In this document: one piece after another, positions 12,721 to 26,700 of the stretch | Layout: each line of letters begins with the position of its first letter | How positions within the stretch are numbered: position 1 is the stretch's first letter | Source of the DNA: Antedon mediterranea | Lineage: Eukaryota; Animalia; Echinodermata | Direction: 5' to 3' | Assembly (NCBI RefSeq): GCF_964355755.1 | Contig: NC_092671.1 | Span: 12,834,001-12,898,000, forward strand | Length of the DNA: 64,000 bases | The notes under the pieces: model-generated | The model's input: the letters and a program-made list of their open reading frames with translations, nothing else | The model's database searches: none | What the model was told of the DNA's origin: nothing | Position numbers and translations under genes: made by a program

Positions 12721-15700
12721 ATGCCAGCAGGTTTGTTTTTTGTTGTTTATACTTTTGTATACACTAGTTAGCCAATGCCCAGAGGGACTGGGTACAAAAC
12801 TTTATGAAAAATTAGGTGGTGTAGGTATACTCGGCCAAAGTCTTGTGTGTGGAGGGTTATTAATATACACAAGCATGGAATTATACTGGTTCATATAAAA
12901 TACTATTTACACCACAGGTAATCCAAAAATTTAGCTTCAATTTTCTAATTTAAAATATTTATTTATTTATTTTTATTTTAATAATTTTAGCAACATTAAA
13001 ACCATACATAAACTTTGAGTGTGCCAAGGAGTGGCAAAAGATAATATTTTTTTCTTTAATAAATTGTATATGTCTTTGAATGATGAAAACCTTCTGTTTT
13101 TGAAAGGTTAAAACATTATTCTCAGTAATCAATGACTTATCTTATTTATTATGTAAAAAATATGTTATACTATTATTTATTCAACTAATTAAAGATATAA
13201 ATAAACTAATTTTCCCATACAGAAGTACCAGAGCCCCCAGCAGATACGCCCTTTGCTTCAAAGGTTACCAAAGACTCCGTCACTTTAGTATGGGCTGGTA
13301 CAACCTATGATGGAGGTGCCGCTGTAACTGGCTACCATGTAGAAATGGCACCAGCCGGAACCACAAGCTGGAAGACAGTTACCAAGGATGTGTTCAGTAC
13401 TAACTATACCATCAAAAACCTTAAAGAAAATGACAAGCTGATCTTCCGAGTCAGCTGTCTTAACAGCGTTGGTAGTAGCAAACCAAGTGATGTATCTGAG
13501 CCAATCGCAGTTGTTGAATCTGCAGGTAACATCAACTTATTATGTAAAATTTAATTAATTTTATTACTTTTTAAAATATTTTTTTTAGGTCAATATTTTT
13601 TTGAGATCCAATTTTGCCATCAAAATGGCATATTCAACAACAAAAATTAAAAATAATTTTTTCAGAGCGACAGTATATCTTTTAATGCACTATATAAGCC
13701 TACCTTATTATTCATCATTACAGTATGAATGCTCAAAATATAAATATGATGATAAATGATTATTATAATTTTCAAAACTGCTTATTTTTTTTGTAAATAT
13801 AATACCTCTACACTTTTATTTCATCAATATTCTGTTTCTTATTTCAGGGGGTGAAGATGAACTAGAAGAACCAGGTAGGTTTATAATAATTTATCTTTCA
13901 ATGCAAATTTCATGAGCGCCACTCTCGGTAATGAAATAACAAACACCAACTAAAAAGGTTAGGTTCATGAGTTTTTCTGGCAGAATGTGTATGTAATATA
14001 AATCCAAAGGTAAAATACTGAAAAACGACAATTCTGTGGGTATCAGTGGTTGGCTTTCAATGGAGAAACAAATATAATAATTAGAAAAGCTAAATCAAAA
14101 CGATAAATTAAAACAGCAAGGAAGAAAGTGCAATGCTTTTGGAAAACACAATTCCTTCGTCAAATTAAATACAAATATTAATACTTACTGTTATATTTCA
14201 GATGAGATGGCATTCCAGCCCAGACAGATTGAATTCAAAACAACAAATGTCAAACAGTTTTATGAAATCAAAGATGAGTTGGGAAGGTTAGTACAGATGA
14301 TTCTTTCAATTATTTGTGCTATATTCAATCTACTAAAAAAGAAAACATTCTTAAAAAAAAACAATAAGTCTGTATTAGAGAATGCAATATAATATATCTA
14401 TATATGATATATATTGTTATAATTTTCTTATTTGAGAGATGGAATGATTTAATAGTATATAAATGTATTTTGATTGCAGAGGTAAATTCGGTACAGTAAA
14501 CAAATGTTTAGAAAAGAGTAGCAAACGGGTATTTGCTGCAAAGTTTATAAAAGCTGAACAACCAGCTGACAAAAAAGAGGTAATGCTTTTCAAAATAAAC
14601 ATTTTAAGTATTGCCAACTCAAAATTAATCATCACACTTATCAGAGGTTAATTTGAAGTTTAATTATACTATACTTACTTACCAATATTACCGTAGCGTT
14701 GTGGATTAAGATTCTGGTTTTGCCACCCAAGCTTTATAACAACATAACACAGAAAGCATGTGTTTATGGCATCCTGCCTAATCTATAAACCTTTACTATA
14801 TGTATGCTAAACGGCTATTAAAGAAAAAAAACACAAAACGATTAAGCATTATAAATATTTGTATGTATTTTATCAGGTTGAACATGAGATAGACATTATG
14901 AAGAAGTTACAGCATCCTAAGCTATTGCAGTTGTATGATTGTTTTGGGGCTGGAAATAATATGGTTATCATACTTGAACTGTAAGTTGTTGTTTCTTTAT
15001 ATCATGTTTAAATTTTTTAATTTTAATCATGCATTTGAAAATTTGCTAAACCCCTGTCTTAATTATATATTTTATTTATTCATTCACCTTTACTGTTGCA
15101 TTGACTAAGATTGAGTCTTATTATTATATCTCCATGGTTGTCCTTAATACCCTCACTGCTGGCATCCTTGTGGGGATGATTAAGCAGTTGGTTGTGATTG
15201 TCTCCTGGTGTGATGACCATGGTATGCTGGCCTATGGCTTCCTTGGACCCATATACTCCAACTATCTCCACCTATAAAGACAATATAGATATCTCATCAC
15301 ATATATTTACAAATAAACAAGAATGGTAAATTGTATAATTGAAATTAGTAACAAACATATTTCTTTTTTTGTAGTGTATCTGGAGGAGAATTGTTTGAAA
15401 GGGTAATTGATGAGGAGTTCGATCTGACTGAGAAGGATTGTGTCATGTTCATGACACAAATATGTGAAGGCATGCAATTTATGCATGACAAGAAAATTAT
15501 CCACTTAGATATGAAGGTAATGGAAATTAATTTTTTAAAGTTAATACAGTGCTTTCTGAAAACAAGGCTAAGCAGAAAAATACTATAAGAAGTGGGGTGG
15601 TTGCTCGGTGGAATGGAATCCTCGGTTACTGATACCTACGTTCAACTGTGAAAAGATGTCAGAATTTTTTCTTACGACATGTTAAACTCTACTACCAAAG

Positions 15701-17355
15701 ACATCTGTTGTTTGTCTTGTGAAATGTCTGTCTTGAGGACACTGATTTTCACTCTGGGCAGTCCTTGGCTGTGTGCCTAGAAATTTTTGAAAAAGTATTA
15801 AATAATAGCAGTAAAACATAATAATATTATTTTCATTTTGCTCTTGCAGCCAGAAAATATCCTTTGTGTCCGTAAAAATAGTAACAAAATCAAGATTATT
15901 GATTTTGGTTTGGCTCAAGAGTTCAAAGATGGCTTGAAGGTGTCTTGTGGTACACCAGAGTTTCTAGCACCAGAAGTAGTTACATTTGATCCTGTCAATG
16001 TTAACACTGATATGTGGAGTGTAGGAGTCATTGCATACGTTTTGTAAGTTTTTGTGGGTTTGTTTTACTTTTACTTAATCAGCTACACATCTATATTCAC
16101 ATACTGTATTTATATAAGTGTGTTGTGTTTATCATTATAAGAACGTTCCTAAAATGTATCAACCTCCTCCATTTTTTTATTTATGCCTATAATTTAAGAT
16201 TTATCTAAAACATACTCTTCTTTAAACTTGGTTCCTCTGATATTTTATTGGGAAAATCACCTCTTTACTTTTTACGTATAGGAGGCGAGTGGTACACCTT
16301 ATTTTATTTTAATTTTTAAAAATTGTATTTCAGATTGAGTGGATTGTCACCTTTCATGGGTGATTCAGAGGGTGAAACAATGACAAACATCTTGAAGGTT
16401 GAATGGGATTGGGATGATGAGTGTTTTGATGATATCTCAGATGCTTCTAAGAACTTCATTGAAAGTTTACTGAAGAAAGAAAAAGAGTAAGAAACATATT
16501 GGCTGGACCGATAAGTTATTATCAATTTAGCTCCAATGTTAAATTTGGAAACCTTAAGAGGAATGGTTCATATCAATGATTCAACAACTATTATCTCAAG
16601 CAGTAGGGACAGTAACTACCAAATGTTACGAATAAATCAACGCCTTCATCTACAAAAACTATGTTTTCAGACATCAATTTCCAAGAGAGTAATGCAATGT
16701 TTCTAAATCTCTGTCTACACTATCAAACCTAGTTTGACAAAGAAAGTGAGATGTGCCCAAATATGGTAGCAATATGACATCATCATGTCCATATATGGGC
16801 ACATCACATTTTTTGTCACATAAAGTTTGATAGTGTAATCAGAGCTTCAGACATGTTATTGGCAATATTTCCATACCCTAACATATGATATATTATTATT
16901 TCAGGGACAGGAATAGTGCCTCACAATGCTTGCAGCATGATTGGCTGATTAAGGCTGGTGCCGCCTCCTCCAAAGCCATCTCAAAGGCTAAGTTGAAGAA
17001 ATACGTTATCAGGAGGAAATGGCAGGTAAGTTAAAGCGACACTGCCTTGAACTTGAATACATGGGTAGACAATTTAAATAAATTAATTTAATGAATCCTA
17101 CAATTAACTGATCAAACTAGTTTTTTTCAGACTTCATATCCATAAAAACATACTAATATTCTAAAAACCGTAATCAACAAATACATGAGTTTGAATTACA
17201 CAACAAACAAAACCTCTTTTTATTAATAATATCTAAAATAATTTACCTATATTAATATAAAATTCAGAAATAGTCATATTTTTCTTTTTGTTTTCAAATT
17301 ACAGAAAGGCATCAACGCAGTGCGTGCGATGATCCGTGTAAAGTCGATTGTCTAG
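12721..17355 (+). CDS. MYLK: Short myosin light chain kinase (Fn3 + Ser/Thr kinase + CaM-binding helix), ~429 aa, 11 coding exons
   Basis: Exons 12721-12730, 13223-13525 (Fn3), 13848-13874, 14202-14286, 14480-14579, 14877-14980, 15375-15516, 15850-16043, 16334-16486, 16905-17025 and 17305-17355 join in frame with GT-AG introns (1290 nt). Motifs: GRGKFG, AAKFIK, HLDMKPEN, DFG, GTPEFLAPE and C-terminal KKYVIRRKWQKGINAVRAMIRV, which resembles the smooth-muscle MLCK RRKWQK CaM helix. The symbol is family-level only. Confidence 0.92.
13595..13684 (-). mobile_element. Partial copy of family A TTAA transposon
   Basis: aaaatggcatattcaacaacaa...gacagtatatct|tttaa is the reverse complement of the left end of the 8046 element. 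Confidence 0.55.
14005..14120 (+). repeat. Dispersed intronic repeat (second copy at 41836-41950)
   Basis: caaaggtaaaatactgaaaaacgacaattctgtgggtatcagtgg... versus caaaggcaaatcactgaaaaaatgacaatgctgtgggtatcagtgg... Confidence 0.7.
16707..16846. mobile_element. Palindromic MITE (PIF/Harbinger-like), family B, carrying two CArG boxes
   Basis: TIR ctctgtctacactatcaaac ... gtttgatagtgtaatcagag; other copies at 46323-46432 and about 48504-48615. Confidence 0.8.
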
Positions 17356-19438
17356 AAACACATCATTGTCCTAATCATCTACAAATGGCTATTTCTATTG
17401 GCGGTAGAATGTTGATGATCCCGGTCAGGTGTAGGGTTTGCCATTTTGTGCTTTGTCAATCAGTATATGTTGCCAAATCGTCCAATCAAAGGACAGAATT
17501 TATATAAATCGTCCAATCATTGGATATTGATCAATAAAACTGTCTAATCATGAGGCATTGATAATCATGATTGTGTAATATTGGGATATCAATCAACAAT
17601 TTATTTCTTTATGCCGAGATAATGAGAGTTATACACAATGGTATTTTTAAATAACTTTTTCTTTCAGTACATCATTGTGTATTGAATATTTAAATCAGTT
17701 TAATTAATATTAATTAATTAATTTATATAATTAATTAAACTTATTTAGTTATGTATCTGCTTTTATTCTAGCATTTAATCTTTTTAAGGCAATTTGCTAA
17801 TAAAACCATGTACATAACATATGATTTTTTTATATTTCATATAGTTATCCCTTTTTTGATCTTGTGCAAAAAAAATATGTCATTTTCTCATCTTTTGTGG
17901 AATATGTCTGTACATCTGTTATATCTTTTATAATAGTTAGAATGTAAAGCTTTAAATCAAAATAGAAAGTCAGTAAATACAGCTCCATCGATAAATAAAT
18001 ATTAAATGCAGAACTAGTTACATCAGAGCAGAATCAGATTCTACAGTTAGAGGCTGTCAAAATAATTTTTTTTTTTAAACAAGGTTTTTTTTGCAAATCT
18101 CCTTGATCCAGAAATGCTTTAACTTACAACCTTCCAACATTCCCAGCTGCTTGTATAGCATTTCTAGATTTTGTTTTTTGCCGATGAAGTTTAAGAGCCC
18201 ATCTGTAGGTTAGACGGCAACTGTATATTATCTACTCGCCGTCTTCAAATAGGCCTACTTTTAAAAGAGGTATGAATATGTGGTTGATAAAGAAAAGTAT
18301 GTATTGTGCACACAATTGTAAAAAATAAGGAGTTTGTTTTACAGAAAACTTTTTTGATTTTGTTGCTGAAACATAAGATTCAAAATCTCTTGGTTATAGT
18401 TTAGGAGTGCAGTTTTGATATTTATTACAATAATAGAAAAAAAAATCATGAATATTTTCAGGAAAACCAGCCGTTTATATTGTGGTTGATTACAAACTTA
18501 ATCTAAAGAAGTTTTTTTTTTCTTCTTCTATTTAATTCAAATAAGTTGTAAAGCTAATTGCGTGATTTGTTGTGGACAAATTCTTAGCTGTGTAAAGCCG
18601 TTCCTCTACACTTTGAGATTAAAAGGAAATATGGTTTGGAATATGGATTGATTTAATAATTTATTTTTGCTTGAATTAATATTTCTTTAGTTATTAAAAT
18701 GTATAAGTTTATGTAACTCAGTATATACTTAAATATTAACAGCTGTGTTTTTCTTTTTTAATTCTTTTAATTAATTAACAGTTAAACAGTTAAACTATTA
18801 ATTTTCAATCAACCAAACTCATCTTTATAAAAGTGAATAAATATACATTAAATCTAAATAAATATTTTACCTGTCCAAGTCAATGATTTGTTGTAAACTT
18901 TGACCTCAGACATTTGGACTTTGTCGAATTCATACCTTGCACAACCAACAGGCTTACCTGGCTGCCACGTTTCTCCTAAATTAAAATAAAATAACAGAGA
19001 TTCTCAACTATACATACATACAGGTAGCAATATTAATTTAATAAATCAAAAAGGGAAAAATTTGAAAATAACACAAGTGAACTATCGGATAGTAGTATCA
19101 AACAATAATATTAAACATAAAAAACAATATTTATGGCGTTGGTTAAAATACAGTAAAATCAACATATGAGGTTTGTATCATAGCTACATGAAAGTGAAAA
19201 GCTGGTGATGTTATTGTTTACTATAATCAATAATCAATAAAACATAAATCATCAAGTGGGAATGTGTACAAGAGAGCCTAACATGCTTCCTGAAGTGGGT
19301 GTTTGTAAGCCTTTAATGACCCACTTTACAAACTTCATCTTCTCATCAAAACGATGAAACTCTAGATACAGTAGTGGTAAAGAATACTGGGCAAAGGTAA
19401 GACAATGAGTAGTCAATTCAGATTGGGGTGTTGGATGC

Positions 19439-19665
19439 CAGCAGCGCAGGAATGATTTTTGAAGTGGGGGGGGGGGGGGGTGTCAAGGGTGTATCCTTGA
19501 ATTTAATTAGGGATGTGGGTGTAGGCACCAACAATTTGAGCCATGCTCCCTTTGCGCATCATTGTACGGAGCAGCTAGGCTTTAACATTTGTGGGGTCAA
19601 AACGCTATATTTGACCATGATTTACTTTGGGAGGTCAGTTGCCCCCCCTCATTCCTGCACCATTG
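19439..19665. mobile_element. Non-autonomous TIR element (hAT-like) with a poly-G tract
   Basis: cagcagcgcaggaatga ... tcattcctgcaccattg are imperfect TIRs. TTGGATGC occurs at both ends (19431-19438 and 19663-19670, overlapping the right TIR). Confidence 0.6.
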
Positions 19666-20404
19666 GATGCGAACACACTTTTGTTGTTGGATTTTATTCA
19701 AATGCATTACTTTTAGCATTAAATTATACGCATCATTCCTCTCCGCGTTCCTTGCTTTACTAAAATACTTTTAAACTTAAATTTATGTGATTAAATATAC
19801 CTAAATGTAGGCTTATATACAGTACTCATAATATTCTATATACTGTTGATTATGCAGCTGTGAAAAGGATCTACCTATCAAGATTGTAATAAACTTTGGT
19901 GTTAATGTCTAATGATGACGCAATTAATCTCACAACTGCAATCAATCAACCCTAAGAAATTAATATTAAACCAATCAAAACTCATTTTGCATGCTTCATT
20001 TGAACCAAATGTCAAATAGGAAAATGCTATGATGTCATACTATAGAACTAGATTTTAGAATTTAGAATTTAGTAGACATAAAATGATCATTAGAAATTGT
20101 TTACATGTTTGTATCAGTTGTAGGGTCTTCCACTATGAAATACAATGTATGTCTTATTATGCTTTGGATATTTGTTACAAAATTAAAAGCATCTGTTGGT
20201 CAATTTAAACTAAAGTCAATCAATTTATACCCTTATACAAAAACAATTATCACCACATCAGAGGTGACATCTGCAATCATGACACCAATATTGGAGAAAG
20301 AAAATTAACCTATGTTTTTATATACAGTAATATAGTGTTTCCAGTTACGACTGATGGGCACTCACTAGAAGCTCATGTAAGCTTGTTAGGGACACAAACA
20401 ATAC

Positions 20405-20645
20405 AATTTTTTATTTTATTTTTATTTTATGTCTTTTAGGCAATGTGGCCAAGGATTACCAATAGTGAATTAATCACTGTCCTATCAGATAGGTGGTAAT
20501 CCTCCTGATACAGGGGCTATTGTGTGAACCAGTTCACCGGGGTAACCCCCTACTCTTTTTCGAATAATGGACTGGGTTCTTTAAAGTACACACAGGTTAT
20601 AACTGTGTACACTGGACCTACGGTTTATAGTCCTTATCCGAGAAA
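20405..20645 (-). mobile_element. 5'-truncated SINE with a Deu/Nin-like central domain
   Basis: The - strand reads TCGGATAAGGACTATAAACCGTAGGTCC...TTAAAGAACCCAG...TTCGAAAAAGAGTAGGGGGTTACCCCGG, resembling the Deu/Nin core as recalled, and ends in an (AAAAT)n tail. Confidence 0.6.
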
Positions 20646-20869
20646 TACAATGTGGTAATAGAATTTTAATAAAAATTAAGTACTTGAAACTGAATTATTT
20701 ACCATAGTGGCAAACCAGTGACCCTCTTACAGGGTTGTATCATCCCATTAAACTACTATTAATAAACTGTTTTAAAAAATGAAGATACAGACAGGAAGAA
20801 ATGTGATCTAAAACTAATTAGAAGAGCAAAAGAACACCATTAAACATATAGCCAGATCTTGTTTCCTAT

Positions 20870-21128
20870 TTGTTGAGCCAATGAAATCAAAGCGGCTGTG
20901 ACATCATTGTAATTCTGTCAACGTTTGGTACTTCTTACCCTAGTTAACTATTAAGGCAGATGGTTGCTTTTATATCTATACCTACAAATAATTTTGTCAA
21001 AATACATGAATCATGATGCTGGACTGATGAATGTTCATTTGAAAATAATTGAAGTCATAACAAAAATAATAGTACGAAAGTAAACTATTTTGGAATATTA
21101 TGATATAGTATTTTCAGTACAGGTAAGT
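20870..21128 (+). promoter_or_regulatory. Candidate promoter and non-coding first exon of the long MLCK
   Basis: gagccaatg CCAAT box at about 20878, CRE-like TGACATCA at about 20899 and a strong donor tacag|gtaagt at 21123. No ATG-initiated frame reaches the donor. Confidence 0.35.
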
Positions 21129-23767
21129 AATTGGAACAAATTGCCTAGTGAAATTCACAATTTAAATTAGATTATTTTTAGAGTTAACTACATAATTGTT
21201 TTAATACAATATTTAACTTTTTTGTTTCAATGTTGAAAGTTCGCAGTTTGTCAATTTCTTGTAGATGTTTTAAGTAGTCATAATTAATTGGTTTTTATTG
21301 TCCATTGTGTGTTGACAAACAAATATAGGGTTGGTTTTTGCCTTGCCTTTTGTATGGTATAAATTTGTTTTTGTTTTTTTAAATTATAATATACATGACT
21401 ATGAATTTAGTAGCTCTAATAATAAAAGTATAATGGAGGAGGAATGAGAAGAATTGGAGGGAAAAGGGGAGTGGTTCTAGGATGAACTTTATCGTTTTCA
21501 ATTGTTTTTTTATTCTTACCGATGACTGAACACTCTTGGTTTCATGACTATATGATATTGTAATTATTGTATTACTGTTAATTCATTATTTGCTGCTTGA
21601 AATATGGTTAGGTAACTGTTACTGCTTTAAATATTTTCCATCATTGGTTACCTTTAAATGTCTAAACATTCTTATTAGTTAAAATTACATTGCGATGTTT
21701 ATACATACTTTCAGGAAACAATTAGAGTATTAAAAGGAACACCCTTTTGCATACAATACAACTTAATATCTTTCAACGATTGCTTCCTTGAAATAAGTAC
21801 ACTACAATTTAGGAACATTAGGGTTAGATTTACCAAAATTGTTGAGCAAAAAATCATCATATCATGTTTTAAGTAAATTATGTTTAAAAAAATCTAAGCA
21901 AATATATTTTTTTTCATAAATCTGAGATTCTATAAGATGAAAAGAACTGCTTGGAAAATTAAATATCTTGACAAAGAAAACTATAAATGCTATCCTGGTC
22001 TTTCATCCATTTCATAACATTGAAAAAAGGTTTGTTTTTTTTTAGAATCGAGCATGGCAACCTCTCATTTACAGTGAGAGTACTCCTTCTGTTTATTAAA
22101 AATTAATAAACAATATTACAATTTTAAAATCATCTAGCTTTTGTTGCATTACTACCATGACTTCATAGATATTAGTAGGCCTATGTATTTGTAATATAAA
22201 ATAATAAATCTAAATTGTATTAAAGAATTAAAAAGTTTTCAATTTGAAAGAAGCATGATCTTACTCCAAAAAGAAAACTGCAATTTATCATATAAAGTAT
22301 TTATGAAACAGAATATAGTGTCATAATATTTTCATGGCAGTAATAGCAGCAGCACGCAAGGTTAAATTCTTCACTCTTTTTCAAGATAATTCCAGACACG
22401 TGGCTATGAAATTGAAGCCGATTTTTCACACTGAGTTACCAACTGTTTTGATAGAGCCGACTTTATCTCAGGCCATAAAAAAGCACCTAGGGGGACCGCC
22501 AAGTACAATTCGTCATGACATGAGTCCTAGAAACTATTTAATTTACAGATCCTTATTAAATATTTCATCCATTAAAACACCCAAATTTAAAAACTGATTT
22601 AGGAATCAAGAATGGATGTAATCCAAATTATAATATGGTTTATTAATTTTACTTTTATAAAGTTATAAAGACTGTTTTCCCAGTGAGTCAACTGCATAAT
22701 AAAAAAATCATAAAACAATTAAAAAACATCACCCATAAAACAACGCAGTGTTAATATATTATTCATTTCTGTCTTGTCCTAACATTAGTAAAGTATGTTA
22801 ATGTAAACACTTGAAACAGAATGAGGAAGATAATGTGTCTGTTTACATCATTTAATTAATATAATGGGAAATAAAGATAAAAACATTGACTTACCGATAA
22901 CAACATTTTCTTTTCCATTTTTTTTTTCTGAATGGAATCATGATACTACTGACATCCTAACATAATGGACACATGTAAAATTCATATTAGAAACATATTA
23001 TAAGTACTTAAAATGGAGTCTTGTATAGGTAAAAAGAAACAATGAACAACATACAAATTATGATACTGTAAATGACAAGTGACTGTCTATTGAGTAGATA
23101 TATTTAATGTTAAATATCTTACACCCAGATGTATATATCACAAAAGATACCTTGGTATTAGTGTTGGAATTTGCAATAAATCAGGACCAAGTGCATTGTT
23201 GATTAGAATAGCTATTGTTAAACTTTATTCTGCAACACAAAAGTTATACATTTGATTTAACAGCAAAAGTTATACACTCTTGCATATGTTGAAAATAGAT
23301 TTAATAAATTAATATTAAGTTTGTGTTTAATTGATTAAATCAGTGGTGGTCATTTCAAGATCACTTCTATATATTTACACTTACACAATTTAGTATTTAC
23401 ATTTATAATGATATTTGCACAAGGGTAACCCTGTTTTGACTGACTTTGCCCTTTTGTACACACAACACAAAACACTATCCCAGTGTGGAATAACATTATT
23501 AGAGGTGCATACAATCCGTAGTGTAGTAAAGTCATTACAGTCTACTACATTCCCCCACATTCTTAGTGCCATTAAATGAATACAAATCAGTTTTCCCAGA
23601 TGACAGAAACTGTCTGTATCAGTGAAACTCACAACTCATCAAACACTATATTAGGAAGTGTTACAAAGTTCAGATATTTTGCTGTTTCAATGTGATTACA
23701 AATAATAGCTACATATTCTGGTACCTGGATTTTATTTGAGGAAGTTTTTTAATTAATTATTATTGAC

Positions 23768-26700
23768 ATGGATGTACTATCGCTTATATGCCAAACAAAA
23801 CCTGATATTGTTATAAGAATATTCGGTGGCAAAAGATACAGGTAAGAAAAGCATGTATTCTCAACATATATCTAGGCTATGGAAAACTCTTAGCAGAATG
23901 ATTGTTCTATAGTAAAAGTATTACTAAGTTTATAACATTATTACTTCAATATTCATGAGTAAAAATTAGTAAGATATGAATACATTCAATAATAGCAATT
24001 TTATTGTTTGTGGAGATTGTTCATATTTTTATTTTATTTATTTATTTCACCTTATTTATAGAGGGTGACCATAACAATTTAATTGATAACTAAAATATTT
24101 TTGTTTAATTTATCATTTGAATTTTAATTTATAACCTGAACCATTGTTTCCAAAACGATTTTGGAATTTGTTTTACAAAAAAAAAATCTGAAAAAACGTC
24201 AACTAATAAGTAATTAACTAATAAAATCAATTGTATAAACGGCGCCACTGACATATCATTTCATTGAACAAACTCATATGTTTCAACCCACAAACTTATT
24301 TTTAATTGACACGTGTCTTTCATTAACTAAAGGTCTAATGATTGTAGGAGGCTAGCTTCAGAAGGTAACTTGGCTTTGCTTTCACACAGTGCCACGGAAG
24401 GTCGGGTAAATGTAGGGAAAACAGCACTAGGAGTCGATATAGATGTAGGCCTATGTAGGCTCACAGAATTCAGTGGACAACAAATTTGTAAAACAGGTAT
24501 GATTTTATTAATTGATATTACTTAAAAATGTGCCAGTACAGTACAGCTATAAATTACTACTCCGTTCCCACACATAACCCTTCATAGCCTACGCATGGGG
24601 CATTGTTTTTAAATCATTTTAGCGATACTGAACATGTTAACAAAAAAAACTAGTGTATTTGCAAAAGTAGAATGAATGAAAAAATAATTGACAATAAATG
24701 TCTATCAATCGCAAATATGTTTGAAATTAATAAGAGAACAGTTTTTTAGCCTATATATTAAAATATTTAAAATTCTCAATCACTTCTACAGATGATATTG
24801 GCTTAAATGGGACTGAATTAAAAGAAAAGGAATATCCCACAACTGAACAGTGTCATTGTCCTATTAATAGTGTTATTGACTCCCAGACAAAGTCTTCTGA
24901 GATATGTCATAATCATTGGATGCCAAACAGCGTGACTGACAATGAAAATATCCCAACTGCTCATTCCAACACAAAAACAGAAATTAACAGAGAGTGCAAG
25001 AGTACGAAAGCAGTGAAGCGTGGATCAGGCCTAAGCAATGAAACATGCATAAATGCAGATACAAAACTGCAAAAAGATGAGGAGGGGTATTCAAATGTTA
25101 TTAAACCTGATCTACATGTAGCAATGAACAGTGAAGAGTGTTACGAGGATTTAGAAAGTAAAAAAATTATGGATGCATCAACAATAAAAGATGAGGCACT
25201 ATCATCTTTATCTAAACTGCCTACTGGTATCAAAGTTACAGAAAAATCTCTTGCACCTACAGGAACGAAAATGGATGAGTGCAAGAAGGATCACAGAACA
25301 ATTGACAGTCCTCCAAAGTGTGACAAAAACAGTGAAAAAACTCAAGATGCATTATTAGGAAGCTCACAAAAGAATAGTGTAACAGAAACAGGGTTCTTAT
25401 ATACTGAACCTAATGGTTACTCAAATTCAATGACAAATGTGAGTGACCATTTCATTACAGAAACAGGTTTGGAGGAAGTTGAAGTTCACGAGAAATGTCA
25501 GACAGAATCTAATATTATTGCAAGCAATGACAAACAAATAGGAAATTTAAAACTTCCTAGGAATAACTCTAGCATAGATCAAGATATTAAAAGTGTTGGA
25601 ATTTCCGATCAAAGGAGTAAAATTAAGGCAACAGATGATGCAAATGCTATGAAACAAAGTATAGGCTTTCATGGCAACACGAAAGAAAATGAGGATGCAG
25701 GAGAAGGAAAAGCTTGTAATATGGATGAAGAAAACAACAATTTAACAGAAACAATTCCTCTATGTATATATAAGCTTTCAGATTGTATAAAAACTTATGA
25801 GCATGAACCTGTTATGTTGAATTGTAAGTTTACAGGACATCCGCAGCCTAAGGTCAGATGGTTACGTGAAGGGAATGAAATACAAAACGACGGCGAGTCT
25901 ATTCTTGATGAAAGTGATGATGGAAATTATTTGTTGATAATATCAAAACCTACCGTTCATCATTCTGGAAATTATGTATGTATTGCTGAAAATACTGTAG
26001 GGTCGGCAAAGACAATATGTTCATTAACAGTATCCAAACAAGGTGAGTTTGTTTTCATTATGGCATTAATAGACATGATATCTACAAAGGAGGAAATAAA
26101 TAATACAACAATTAGTTGAGCTGCTTTTAATAATAGGGAGCTTTAAAATTTGGGATTTTATGTCATTGATATCTCTACAAAATTATGTCGAGAGAAATCA
26201 AGTGAAGAAAAACATCCCAATGTTGCTGTGCGTAATGACGTAACTAGGTTTTAGGTCTTGTGTCATCGCAAATGAACACTCCCTAATTTCATAGAAAGCA
26301 TGCATACATTTTTGTAAACCATAATTTGTAAGCAATTTTCACAATAATAATAAAAAATATATTATGTTTGGTAATAATTATCTGTAGCTTTCAATATAAT
26401 ATATTTGGGTCATGTCCTCTAAATCCTGTTACTGTAAAACAACTACACAAACGAGGACTATACTTGCCTAATGATTTGAAAAACTTAAAATAATAAATAA
26501 GCTTTAAAATATCATCAACAACTTAACACTTTGAATAGCTCTTTGTGCAATAACTTAACAGACAATTTAGAATATGAAATCAGCCAAAGTCTAATCTCAT
26601 AAAAGATGTTATGAATATGAAACTGTTGCAAAATTGTTGTGTTATTGGTTGTCAGACAACCGTTAAATTATAAATATTACATTGTTGTTAATACTGCTTT

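Noticed and set aside
15080-15279. GC-richer antisense exon-like segment with an acceptor inside a kinase intron
   Set aside because: No recognisable product in any frame and no partner exons found.
19428-19774. 111-aa and 61-aa ORFs
   Set aside because: They overlap a non-autonomous TIR element and a poly-G run, with no domain similarity.
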